A DNA stretch of 39,967 bases. Origin: Octopus bimaculoides (taxonomy: Eukaryota). Positions 12,140 through 23,228 of the stretch are shown piece by piece. The notes beneath the pieces are model-generated. The model had not been told where the DNA came from. It did no database searches and saw only the letters and a list, made by a program, of their open reading frames with translations. A program made the position numbers and the translations under genes. Positions within the stretch are counted from its first letter, which is position 1. Every line of letters begins with the position of its first letter. The stretch is taken from contig NC_068984.1 in assembly GCF_001194135.2 (NCBI RefSeq), positions 69,565,162 through 69,605,128 on the forward strand, in the 5' to 3' direction.

Positions 12140-12517
12140 GAGGAGACCCATCAAGCCAAGTGAAATCATAGTCATGGCTGATACAGTGGCACGTAAAATG
12201 CACCGTTTGAGCATTGGGCCCTCACAGTGGCAATGTGGCCAATGCCAGTGTCACATAACTGGTATCTGTGCTGGTGACACATAAAAAGCACCATTTGAGC
12301 ATTGAGACAATGTGGATGATGCTGATGTCAGGTATGCCAGTGGAACATAAAAGCACCCTTAACACTCTCGGAGTGGTTGGTGCTAGGAAGGGCATCCAGC
12401 CACAGAAACCATACCAAATCAGACAGAAGTTTGGTGCAGCCTTTTAGCTTGTCAACCTTGGCCAAACCATCCAACCCATACCAGCATGGACCATGGACGT
12501 TAAATGATGATGATGAT
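12140..12517 (+). mobile_element. Retroposon family F, diverged subfamily, with internal degenerate repeats and (GAT)n tail
   Basis: Contains ggtgctaggaagggcatccagcc...ccaacccataccagcatgg...cgttaaatgatgatgat. Three degenerate cac(g/a)taaaa(n)gcacc units lie upstream. Confidence 0.75.
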
Positions 12518-12802
12518 ATACATATGTGTGAATGTCTGTAAGTTATTTATCATCAGGTAAACCCTGAGTAAGCAGATCTATGATCACAAGCAATCGAACT
12601 ATGATCATCTAATATTTTTACAACTATTAAGGACTATAGGAGTCATGAGCAAACTGCTGCCCACAGGAATTTCTGAATGGCATATTTAATGTAAGTAAAC
12701 CTTCTTTGAACGTTTGAAATAGTGCTGCCTGGCTGATGATGAGTCATATCTCATGCAGCTTGCTTCTTGGGAAAGATTATCCATGCCAGGATTATAATAT
12801 CT

Positions 12803-13033
12803 TATTTCTTTATTGCCTTCAAAGGGCTAAACATAGAAGGGACAAACAAGGACAGGCAAAGGGATTAAGTCGATTACATCGACCCCTATGCGTAATTGGT
12901 ACTTAATTTACTGACTCTGAAAGGATGAAAGGCAAAGTCAACCTCGGTGGAATTTGAACTCATAACGTAACTGCAGACGAAATACCACTAAGCATTTTGC
13001 CCAGCATGCTAACGTTTCTGCCAGCTCGCTGCC
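12803..13033 (-). mobile_element. SINE family A, full length, alternative 3' tail, perfect 11-bp TSD
   Basis: Minus-strand head ggcagcgagctggcagaaacgttagc, B box gagttcaaattcc. TSD ttataatatct at 12792-12802 and 13034-13044. Confidence 0.92.
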
Positions 13034-13386
13034 TTATAATATCTGGTGTATCCTTTGCTTTTTCTAAGATGTATTCTGTTATTCTTTTTGTTGTTTCATT
13101 CACTGGAGTGCAATCATGTCAGAGCATCATCTTAAAAAGTTGTAGGTGCTCATTTCAATCCCACTGCTTAGAGTTAAGGCTGGTACTTATGTTAGTGATT
13201 GGTATTTGTCCAAACATTAAGTTAAAGAACATAGACACAGAGACAGACATGTAAACACACATGCACGTACACACACACACACACATTTTTATACTTTATT
13301 GTTCTACTACTGGGAGGATCAAGATAGTGCTCTATCAAATGAGAGATAAATAGCATGTGATATACCCATTATTTAGATAGTAATAG

Positions 13387-13597
13387 GGCGGTGAGCTGGA
13401 AGAATTGTTAGCACGCTGGACGAAATGTTTAGCAGTATTTCACCTGTCACTATGTTCTGAGTTCAAATTCTGCCTAGGTCGACTTTGCCTTTCATCCTTT
13501 CAGGATCGATAAATTAAGTACCAGTTACGCACTGGGGTCGATGTAATCGATTATCTCCCTCCCCCAAATTTCAGGCCATGTGCCTATAGTAGAAAAG
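13387..13597 (+). mobile_element. SINE family A, full length, 19-bp TSD
   Basis: Head ggcggtgagctggaagaattgttagc, B box gagttcaaattc, central gactttgcctttcatcctttcaggatcgataaattaagtacc. TSD attatttagatagtaatag (13368-13386) / attatttaggtagtaatag (13598-13616). Confidence 0.93.
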
Positions 13598-13654
13598 ATT
13601 ATTTAGGTAGTAATAGTAACTGTTATGCGAATACTGTGTGTTTGTGTTTGTCTG

Positions 13655-13706
<52 letters not shown>

Positions 13707-13747
13707 CACATATATACATATATGTACACACCTACATTTATATATTT

Positions 13748-13895
13748 ACATAATGGGCTTCTGCAGAGTTTCCATTCACTAATTTTGTTCAGAAGACATT
13801 GGTCAGCTCAAGGCTTTATTAAAAGAACTTATTGAAGATAAAATGCAATGGGACTGAACATGACAACACATGGCTTTCAAGTAAACATCTTCTTT
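13748..13895 (-). mobile_element. SINE family B, degenerate
   Basis: gggcttctgcagagtttcc...gggactgaacatgacaacacatgg matches the reverse complement of the family B head. Confidence 0.5.
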
Positions 13896-15169
13896 ATCAG
13901 ATTCTATGGCTGTGGAATGAAGATTTGACTGCTGAATTTCTCTCATGTCAAGTGACCACATTGAAATCCCTGCTTCATTAGCTTGTATTACTTCCATTGT
14001 TAATTAGCAAGGTGATGGCACCAATTACAAATGATGACTTATTACAGCATCTTGAATTTCGTTTCCATTTCAATGAGAACCAATATTACTATTAATAAAA
14101 TTGCTCTCAGCGTATTTTCTTAGATTAACTTAAAATTTTTGAATTAGAATTGGATTTAATTACATTATTTAACATAGGGTGGAATCCTTTTCCAGTTCCT
14201 GCGGCAAATCACAAGTGCATACGAACTTATGGGTGGTGCAAGTGTATTGAAATAAATAAGATATATTTAATTTTACAAACACATATATCAACATTTCATA
14301 TCAAATTAGTCTTATTTTATCAAAGCTTTGCCTGTTTTGTGTTTTTATATGGGTTTATCAATACTTCATCAACAGACGTTTCCAAACTTGAATTGAAGGA
14401 AAATTTTGCTCACAGGTGATGAGTTCTTCACATTGTTTAGCAGATTCCTTACTATCCATCCCACTATAGATGGAATTACCACTGCATCAACTTCATAGAG
14501 CCATAATTTTCTGAAGTATCTCCTTCATTTATATCATTTCATAACATATCTTATCACTTCAAGTTATATGTATTTCTTTCTTGCTCCAAATTATAGGTAA
14601 CATCTACAAGTACTTTAATATTTTCCCATAGAAAAGGCATTTTTTACACCCCTTTGAATTTTGGGTTCTTGGCAGGTAGACTTAATCCACCCTGATTGAA
14701 TCCAACTTAGATGCTTGCTATAGAGTTCACTCTGTCACAAGGATTCAGGGCTAGGTATTTACTTTTTTGGATAACTTTTACCTTTCTTCTCACCAGTCAG
14801 AGAGACTCAGTAAAAATTAAAACTTATAGATGCAGCCATCCTTACTCTAAGTATTAAAGCAAAAATATCTAACCCAATTACTGATTAATAAGAAAAGACA
14901 AATCTGTTGCTATAATTAGAGAAAATGACTAATCAACTGATCAAGGAAGTTGAGCACCACAAAGGAACTCATCAATGTAAAATTTTTATTTCTAAACTAA
15001 CACATAAATGAGATGTGCTTTCATGTTATAATAAAGGCATTCTATTAAGAGTAAAACTACTCTGAATTAAGACTACCACCAAGCAGACAGCACCTTTGAA
15101 TTTACAAGACAGCCTTTCTTGAAACAGAGAGTTGGTGATATGATTAAGTCATTAAAGACATAATGTATT

Positions 15170-15370
15170 AGTTATTCGGTTGTTTAACTCTAGATCAATC
15201 TTGATTCTATAAACTTAGGATCAAAGGCATTCTAACCTTGAACATCTTGTCTTTTAAAGGAGGTCTAAACTGCATGGTCAAATGTACCCTTTCTGTTATT
15301 TTTGGATGGTAGACTGATTTGAAGATTTGTTTGTTGAACAGCAGTAAGTTGAACAACTGTACAGATGCTA
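15170..15370 (+). mobile_element. Old interspersed repeat (family G)
   Basis: ggatcaaaggcattctaacc...atcttgtctttt...gatggtagactgatttgaagatttg resembles 19500-19720 and 7330-7430. Confidence 0.45.
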
Positions 15371-16916
15371 AATCTTTGAGCTCTAAATTGATCCATTTGT
15401 GATTGATGATAGAAAAGAGCTCAAATCATAAAAATCTGCAACAATTAATCTTATAGCACAACACACTAAAGACAATGAACTAATGGCATCATACTTTTAG
15501 TGGTTCTATATGTTGGATGTGTGGAATGATGCTAATGGTATAAAATTTCTCGAAATTTAATGTAACAATGAAAGAAACGGTATGAACATGGGATGAAAGA
15601 TTTCAAGGAAATTAATTAACATGTCAAACTCATTATGGAATAGTTTCATATATTGCTGTATCTAATGTTAAGAATAATGCTTCCTATGTGAAAAGTAACA
15701 GCTCAGTTGACAACAAGTCTGTTAATGAGATAGGCTATACTGAGAAATCAGTGGAGAGGGTCTCATTATAGCTTAATGTCGAAATGCAAAATGGTTAGAA
15801 ATGGGTTCAAAATTTGCAGTTAATTTCCTATATCTGAATATGAGGTTATATCATGAAAATGTGAATGTTACATGGCAGCCAAAATAGGAAGATTGTTGGA
15901 AATAATTTCCATGTTTGCTTTTATGATAAGTTAATTCTCTAAACTCTAAATGTAAGGTTAGAGCATGAAAATATGAGTCTGACATGGCAACAAAATAGTA
16001 AAATGATCAGAAATAGGGTTAAAATTTGCTGTCTTTATGAAGTAGTTACCTATGAACTAAAATATAACAATAAGATTCAATCCATTGGTGATCTGCCAAA
16101 ATTTAAGTTTTACTGTGCCGCCAAAATCTTAACAACAGCTTTAGTAAACTATCAAAATTTTAGTCATGAGCTTTCTATATACAAAAAATCCAATATTAGC
16201 AATAAAAATATTATTTCATAAGAGTGGGACACAACTGTTGGTCGACATTGACCACTCAGGGATGCATTTAAGTTTCCTCTATTACTGTTGTAATCCAAAG
16301 AGAAGGTCAATGTTTTTGGCTAATATTACTTAACGCCAGTGTCATTACAGGCATTGCTGTCAAAAGACAAATAGCCAGAACAAATATTGCAAGGCATCTC
16401 AAACTACCCTCCAAGAGATTTGTTAATCCATCACCCTGAATTGGTACTTTTGTTATATACCTCAAAAGGATGAAATGGAAGGTTGACTTCAGTAGGATTT
16501 AAACTAAAAGGGCAGAAACTTGGAACAAATAATATGAAGCAGTTTAATGACTGCTAATTTGTTGTACATTGCTTTATTTTGAGGGATTGAATATATAATA
16601 CTATAATAGGGGGAAATCCAGCATCATAGAAAACTAGAGATAGTCTGCATTGGCCAAAAAGAGCCAATATAAGTTTAGGAAGTAATAGAAAATTTTTTTA
16701 AACAGTTAGCGGGATAGAAGTAATATAACGCTTTTTCTGAGAATTAAAATATAAACGAGAAACATTGAAGTTGATGAAAAAAATTTGATGGGAAGAGAGA
16801 AGAGTGAAAGTATGGGAAGCTAAGTGGGAAAGAAAAATATGAAGGATTAAGGTCAGAAGTTGGCTTTGAAGATAGCTAGATAGAGTGATGAACAGAGTTA
16901 AGGCAACATGTCAAAG

Positions 16917-16985
16917 TAGGCATGAGCAACCTATTTCGAGAAGCAGGGCAAATGAAGCATGGCACATTATAAGAGGGGCTGCACT
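16917..16985 (+). mobile_element. Possible hAT terminal remnant
   Basis: taggcatgagcaacctatttcgagaagcagggcaaatg resembles hAT TIR starts (caggcatgggcaacct). No partner end was seen. Confidence 0.3.
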
Positions 16986-17577
16986 GCTAACAAAAATTTA
17001 ATTGTTTTTCAGGCATGATATTCAGGATGTCCAACTGGTTGAAGTCTGCCTATGGAAGAGACAAAGAGTAGATACATACAATACATCAAATGCATCACTT
17101 ACAGAGATACAGTTACAATGAAACATTAGAAAAGAAAAGGGCCACAGTACAGGAGCACATGCAATTTTCAAACATGGAATTATATACACATTTACTTTGG
17201 TGTTGTTGGCCTTTCCAGTAAAGTTACCTATTTATTTTTTTCATTTATGATTACCTAAAGCTCATGTAAAGGCTCCTATTTCAGGATCAATAATTTTGGC
17301 TAGAGTTCTATTAAAGTTAGGAAGTTATGGAGTTATACGATTTATGGGTTTGTTTATATATATTTGGTGGTCCAAATCAGATATGTATTTTATGTGGGTG
17401 TCTTTTTAATACAGTGTCTGGTTCAAAAAATTCACATCAGTTGCCATGCTGAATCTAAGGTGTAGTTACAAGAGGTGGACAAACTTAGCATAAGGAGTAG
17501 ACAACCACCATACATACATACATAGATACATACATACATACATATATATGTATGTATATATATATATATATATATAT

Positions 17578-17729
17578 NNNNNNNNNNNNNNNNNNNNNNN
17601 NNNNNNNNNNNNNNNNNNNNNNNNNNNNNNNNNNNNNNNNNNNNNNNNNNNNNNNNNNNNNNNNNNNNNNNNNNNNNNNNNNNNNNNNNNNNNNNNNNNN
17701 NNNNNNNNNNNNNNNNNNNNNNNNNNNNN
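17578..17729. other. Assembly gap (N run) between (TA)n tracts
   Basis: Run of N flanked by TA dinucleotide repeats. Confidence 1.
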
Positions 17730-18412
17730 ATATATAAATATATATATATATACATAGATACATATACAAAAATACACATGCACATATATGGCAAAGGAAA
17801 AATGGACGATGGAATATATACAAGAATTTTTTATTAATCATGACAATTGTTTTGACATGTCTAGCATCGATCCCTCATCGGTGGGACACTCAACAACAGT
17901 TTCATGAGCATTTGGCAGTGCAGATGTTTCTCATTGGGGGATAAATAGACACAACTCATTAGAATAACAGATCTGCAATGTAACTTCTCGTTTTGTAGAA
18001 AGGAAAGCAACCAGACGGAAGAAATATCTTCATTTACATAGAAAATTTAAAAAATCAAAAAAAAAAAATAACACACACACATACACACGTATGCATATGA
18101 GCATCCATAAATGCACAGATATACACCATGCATATTTCCTTACTTAGCTCAAGAGAGATGAAGTTTACAGATCATGAGAACATTAATATCAACGTAGAAA
18201 ATTTATAAAACATTGAGAGGTAACTGAATTGTGAGTTAATGTGAATGAAATTTGATTATTTGCATGTGTGGCATTATGATTTTTCCCAGTAAATATCTCT
18301 TCAGCATGCAACAAAATATCAACAGTCAGTGGTCATTTAAAAATCTGAGTGTAACACTAAGTATGTGCAAGCCAGGTCTAGGTGGCCATTGGTTATATCT
18401 TTTATTTGTTTC

Positions 18413-18531
18413 TAGGAAGGGCATCAAGCTGTAGAAACTCTGCCAAAACATAATGGAGCCTGGTTCACCAGTCCTCAGTCAAATCGTCCAACCCATGCTA
18501 GCATGGAAAGCGGACGTCAAACGATGGTGAT
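18413..18531 (+). mobile_element. Retroposon family F, 3' tail only
   Basis: taggaagggcatcaagctgtagaaactctgccaaa...cagtcctcagtcaaatcgtccaacccatgctagcatggaaagcggacgt. Confidence 0.85.
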
Positions 18532-18695
18532 TTGACTGCGGCCACACTGTGCACTGCTTTGAGGAGTTTAGTCAAATGAATCAACTCCAGTACTTATTTT
18601 TATTTTCAGGCTTGATACTTATTCTATCAGTTACTTTTTGCTGGACCACTAAGTTACAGAGACATAAAACAAGTGGTTGTCAAGTGGTGGTGAGG

Positions 18696-18700
<5 letters not shown>
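18532..18700 (-). mobile_element. SINE family B, 3' part
   Basis: Reverse-complement match to 21331-21490 (tacttattctatcag...actaagttacagagacataaa...ggttgtcaagtg). Confidence 0.7.
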
Positions 18701-18754
<54 letters not shown>

Positions 18755-18780
18755 ATACATATACTGGCAAAAGGTAAGTC

Positions 18781-19016
18781 ACTAAATTAGCTAGCCACAT
18801 ATGGAGTTTGAAGACCAACTGCACATCACATACAATCAAGCAGAGAATCATAGAGAAATCCATGCCATATCTTATGGATGTAAGAAATGTAACTTATGGA
18901 TAGCTGAAAAATCGCATATTCTTTTTAGATCTAAGGATTCCGCTGCACTACTGAATTCCAGATCCAAAATTTTCAGCAAATGCAAACATATGGACAAATT
19001 TCTTTTGGTAAGCTAG
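18781..19016 (+). mobile_element. Penelope-like element remnant (C-terminus of the GIY-YIG endonuclease region)
   Basis: The frame from 18781 reads TKLASHIWSLKTNCTSHTIKQRIIEKSMPY. After one frameshift it reads YGCKKCNLWIAEKSHILFRSKDSAALLNSRSKIFSKCKHMDKFLL, matching the remembered PLE pattern LSxHIWxLK...PY...KxCxLCxxEK...LLNxRSExxSKCRH. Confidence 0.85.
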
Positions 19017-19499
19017 AGGACACAATCCTCTTTAGAGTCTTGTAGACTTTGGACCTGTCTCCATTGAATTATTCTACAATAATTAGCTTAGTTATGGTTT
19101 TATAGTCAAAGGTGACATAACTCTAATTTTCTTTCTTTTCTTTTCTTTTGCTGTTTTTATTCACCCTTCCACTTTTACCAGATGATTTCTCTTGTACCAG
19201 CATCCGGATTTTCAAATTAAATAGACCATATGCTCAGAGCCTTAGAATTGCTTGAAGACACAAAGCACATTACAAAACTTTTCTAGACTTGTCTTACCAA
19301 GCAAGAAGCTATTAGTAGCTTCTATCATTATACTTTGTTTCATTTAATTTTGAAAATAACGAAGAATTTAGTAAAGTATCATTGCCATTATTAAGCTGGT
19401 GTTTGGAACGTGTATTAATATGACATTTTCTTGGAGGGACTTTAAAATAGAAAGTTTGTATCAGAGAATCAAGGGCAGTTTCAGTGAGTTGGTACCAAA

Positions 19500-19720
19500 T
19501 TGGTCAATACTTGATCAACTCTTTTCTAGCAGACGTATTATAAAAACCATTCCAGCCATCATGATGACATCTAGTTGCATATCAGGACTATATTCTCTGT
19601 TGTGTACTTCCCTATTTTTTTTTCCATTTTAAAGACAGTAAGGTGTGATTTGAGAGGAATTTGATTGCTATTCTTAGCAAACTGGATGACCAAGAACAAC
19701 CCTCTTCCCCACTCCCTTAT
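19500..19720 (+). mobile_element. Old interspersed repeat (family G)
   Basis: accattccagccatcatgatg...aaagacagtaaggtgtgatttgagaggaatttgattgctattcttagc. Related blocks occur at ~7330-7430, ~10140-10210 and 15170-15370. Confidence 0.55.
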
Positions 19721-20487
19721 TATTTGGCTCATACCACTAATGTTATATGAGTAACCAGATATTAGAATCAATGATATTGGTCAATGCTTTTAAGAGAAAC
19801 AAACACATTAACATGAACAAGTGATGAGAATAGATAATATATGTACGTAGGTGATAAAGTGTTAATAAGTAGTGTTTGATGCTAGCCAATGAAGCAGTAG
19901 AGCAAAGAATGTAGATAGATTAATTTAAAGATAGGCAAATATGGATACTGGCTATTTGGCTAGTCTATCCCTATTTATATCTGAATAGAAAAAAGAGAAA
20001 AACATGATGGATATTACAAGAGTAATACTGATGATGTAGATGTGCAAATATGTCACTATAATTATAGTGTTTTGCTAAATATACTTTATAGCAATTATGG
20101 CTTTACATACTGATTTACCTTCAGACAACCGAAGGGAAAGCAGAACCAAAACAAGGTTGCAATTTAAGCAAGTGAACACCACTCGATGTTAATAACAATT
20201 AACTCAATTTAGGAAAACCAAATGGTAGGCATTGCGGTTTATATATGTAACCATGGTGTATATTATTATTAGGTTTATTATTATCATGTCTACATAAGAT
20301 AAAATTGGCGATTTATATAAATATATACTTATCTATCTATCTATCTATCTATCTATCATTAATCTGCAGAAGTTACAGAATGACTCAAAGACTGGGAGTT
20401 TCGTGCTTTGGCACTTATCAAACTTGATTAGTACCAATGCATGAAACCCATGGTCCTTGAGGCACTCTGTAGCATCAGTTGCTTATT

Positions 20488-20490
<3 letters not shown>

Positions 20491-20565
<75 letters not shown>
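20491..20565. repeat. (AAT)25 microsatellite
   Basis: Perfect 75-bp trinucleotide run. Confidence 0.98.
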
Positions 20566-20780
20566 CCATTCTACTATAGGCACAAGGCTTGCAATTTTGC
20601 AGGGAGCAGGATAGTCAATTATATCGACCCCAGTTCTCAACTGGTATTTATTTTATCAAGCTCAAAACAATGAAAGCCAAAGTCAACCTTGGCAGAATTT
20701 GTGGTCAGAATGTAAAGATGGACAAAATGCCACTATGCATTTTGCCTTGCATACTAACGACTCTGCCAGCTCACTGCCTT
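20566..20780 (-). mobile_element. SINE family A inserted in an (AAT)n tract
   Basis: Reverse complement of the family A head (aggcagtgagctggcagagtcgttagt) and central domain. AAT repeats lie on both sides. Confidence 0.85.
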
Positions 20781-20800
20781 AATAATAATAATGATAATAA

Positions 20801-21045
20801 GTGATCATGGCAAGACTGTATGGAATGCGTGAGAGTAATGTAAAAGTGACACCAGTGGTTATCGGAGTGTTGGGCTCAATCTCATTGAAACTTCTGAAGG
20901 CAACTGGAAATCCCATGCAAGGTTGATGCCTTGCAAAAACACAGCACACATCTTAAGGAAAGTATTATCTGTCTGAAGAGCTTGTTGTGACTTGAGAGAT
21001 GACTAAAGACTCTGGTGCAGTTTTACCTACACTGTGTTACAAAGG
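20801..21045 (+). mobile_element. R4/Dong-like non-LTR retrotransposon, 5'-truncated 3' end (restriction-like endonuclease C-terminus plus 3' UTR)
   Basis: MARLYGMRESNVKVTPVVIGVLGSI (from 20807), LEIPCKVDALQK and TAHILRKVLSV* (stop 20974-20976) lie in shifting frames, matching the RLE C-terminal pattern RLW...VxPVVIGALG...LQK...TAxILRKVL. Flanked by (AAT)n on both sides. Confidence 0.85.
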
Positions 21046-21158
21046 AATAATAATAATAATAATAATGATAGTAATGATAATAATGATAGGAATAATAATG
21101 TGAACTGTAAAGATACTTGGAAAAATGTGGGCTGCTACCTATTGATTCATCATCAATA

Positions 21159-21490
21159 CGTGTAGTAGTGGCTGTATGGTAAGTAGCTTGCTAACCAACC
21201 ACATGGTTCCAGGTTCAGTCCCACCTCATCGCACCTTGGGCAAGTGTCTTCTACTATAGCCTCAGGCCAACCAAAGCCTTGTGGGTGGATTTGGCAGACA
21301 GAAAGTGAAAGAAGTCCATNNNNNNNNNNATCACTTGGCAACCGATGCTGGTGTGCTTACATCCCTGTAACTTAGCGCTTCAACAAAAGAGACCGATAGG
21401 CTTACAAAGAACAACTTCTGGGGTCGATTTGCTCTACTAAACGCGGTGGTCCAACATGCCATAGTTAAATGACTAAACAAGTAAAAGAAT
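21159..21490 (+). mobile_element. SINE family B (CORE-like), near full length, interrupted by a 10-N gap
   Basis: A box gtggctgtatggtaag, B box ggttcagtccc, CORE-like ccttgggcaagtgtctt. The gap at 21320-21329 sits where other copies carry a microsatellite. Confidence 0.88.
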
Positions 21491-21776
21491 CAACTTCAAC
21501 ATGATTGATCAACCAGTCTCAAACAGTCAGGCTATATAGTATTTGGCTGTTCTATTTATCCTGTCAATCTCTGAATACAAAGCATTGCTCACAGGAATTC
21601 TGTTTTGGTAATTTTACTGAGTTACCATCTCGCCCTTGTATACTAAACCATCACAAGGTTACCCATTCACAACTGAGTGGATGGAGCTACATGAAATGAA
21701 ATGTTTTGCGAGAAGAACACAATGCAATTGAAACCACGATTCTGCAATCAAGAGCAGAACATTCTAATGACTAGGC

Positions 21777-22193
21777 CAGTGGTTCCAAACCTGTGGTCCA
21801 TGAACCCCTGGTGGTCCATGAACTCCTGGTGGTCCATGAAACCCTGGTGGTCTGCAAAGGTAGTACTGGGAGTCTGTGAATATGTTAAGCTGACAGATCT
21901 TTCAATATCCTGGGGGCAGAAACATTAGCATACCAGGCGGAATGCTTAGCGGTATTTTGTCTGTCTTTATGTTCTGAGTTCAAATTCCACCAAGGTTGAC
22001 TTTGCCTTTCATGCTTTTGGGGTCGATAAATTAAGCACCAGTTGCATACTGGGGTCAATCTAATCGACTGAATCCTTCCCCCCAAATTTCAGGCCTTATG
22101 CTTAGAGTAGAAAAGAAAAGAATTCGGGGGGGCTGTGGGAAAACTCATATAAATAAAAGGGGTCCTTAGTAGTGAAAAGGTTGGGAACCACTG
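21777..22193. mobile_element. hAT-superfamily MITE carrying a nested SINE and an internal 18-bp tandem repeat
   Basis: TIRs cagtggttccaaacct / aggttgggaaccactg. 8-bp TSD gactaggc (21769-21776) / aagtaggc (22194-22201), 6/8 identical. Confidence 0.85.
21915..22115 (+). mobile_element. SINE family A nested in the hAT MITE
   Basis: ggcagaaacattagc...gagttcaaattcc...gactttgcctttcatgcttttggggtcgataaattaagcacc...cccccaaatttcaggcc. Confidence 0.88.
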
Positions 22194-22464
22194 AAGTAGG
22201 CCATATGCCTTCACAGGGCAGATATGAGAGATGTTAAAGCAGACCTAAGGTGTAGTTCAAAGGAGAAGAAGAAGAGATAACTGAAAGCACAGAAAAGGTG
22301 ATCAGTGAAAATAATGTGATGAGATACAATAATAAGAATAAGTGATAGATGTTAATGGGAAGTGGCTACAGAGGGAGAAGGAAGTAATTAGTGGGCAAAA
22401 AAAGGGTGGGAGAGAGAAATATATACTAGTACTGCTCTCAGTTGTTTACAGCAACTGAATAGTT

Positions 22465-22465
22465 G

Positions 22466-22496
<31 letters not shown>

Positions 22497-22540
22497 ACAC
22501 ACACACACACACATACACACATATATACACACACACACAT

Positions 22541-22591
<51 letters not shown>

Positions 22592-22598
22592 AACACAC

Positions 22599-22638
<40 letters not shown>

Positions 22639-22745
22639 ATGTATATGTATATATATACACATAGAGTGAAAGAGAGAGAGAGAGAGAGAGAGAGAGTATA
22701 AGAGAGACAAAGAGACTGATAGATAGATTGGTAGATAGATAAGAT
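22465..22745. repeat. Compound (CA)/(TA)/(GT)/(GA)/(GATA) microsatellite block
   Basis: Directly visible. Confidence 0.95.
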
Positions 22746-23029
22746 AGATAAAGTGAAAGACACAGACAGAAAAGTACATAAGAGATTCAGACAAATGTGA
22801 CTTCATTAGACCATTAATAATGAATAATTACAATTTAACCATTGCAGTGTTTACTCTTTAATCTTGTATACAGACTTATCATCTTTTCTTGTTTACAATG
22901 TTTACTGTTTAATAATGAATACAATTTTACAAAGTAGTAGACTATTTGTTCATGATGTAAAAACTTGAAAACACATAATCAGCCTTACACATAAGCACTG
23001 CCATATTACCATTCATGTGTGTGTGTGTG

Positions 23030-23061
<32 letters not shown>

Positions 23062-23081
23062 CGTGTGTGTGTGTGTGTGTG

Positions 23082-23188
23082 TTCTTTTACTTGTTTCTGC
23101 CAAGTTACAGTGATACAAACACACCAACATCAGTTGTCAAGCAATGGTGAGGGGACAAACACAGACACTCAAAAGCATACATACATAC

Positions 23189-23228
<40 letters not shown>

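Larger units (their letters stand above)
21660..22214 (-). mobile_element. SINE family D head, split by a hAT MITE insertion
   Basis: actgagtggatggagctacatgaaatgaaatgttttgcgagaagaacacaatgc...ctaatgactaggc precedes the MITE, and the head resumes as catatgccttcac (to 22214) after it. Confidence 0.7.

Noticed and set aside
17003-17120. Possible exon after aattgtttttcAG (HDIQDVQLVEVCLWKRQR...)
   Set aside because: It lies directly behind a hAT-like terminus, has no convincing donor, and the peptide is not recognised.
17432-17841. Long ORFs containing X runs (also at 30235-31144 and 37660-38888)
   Set aside because: They are open only because they cross N gaps.
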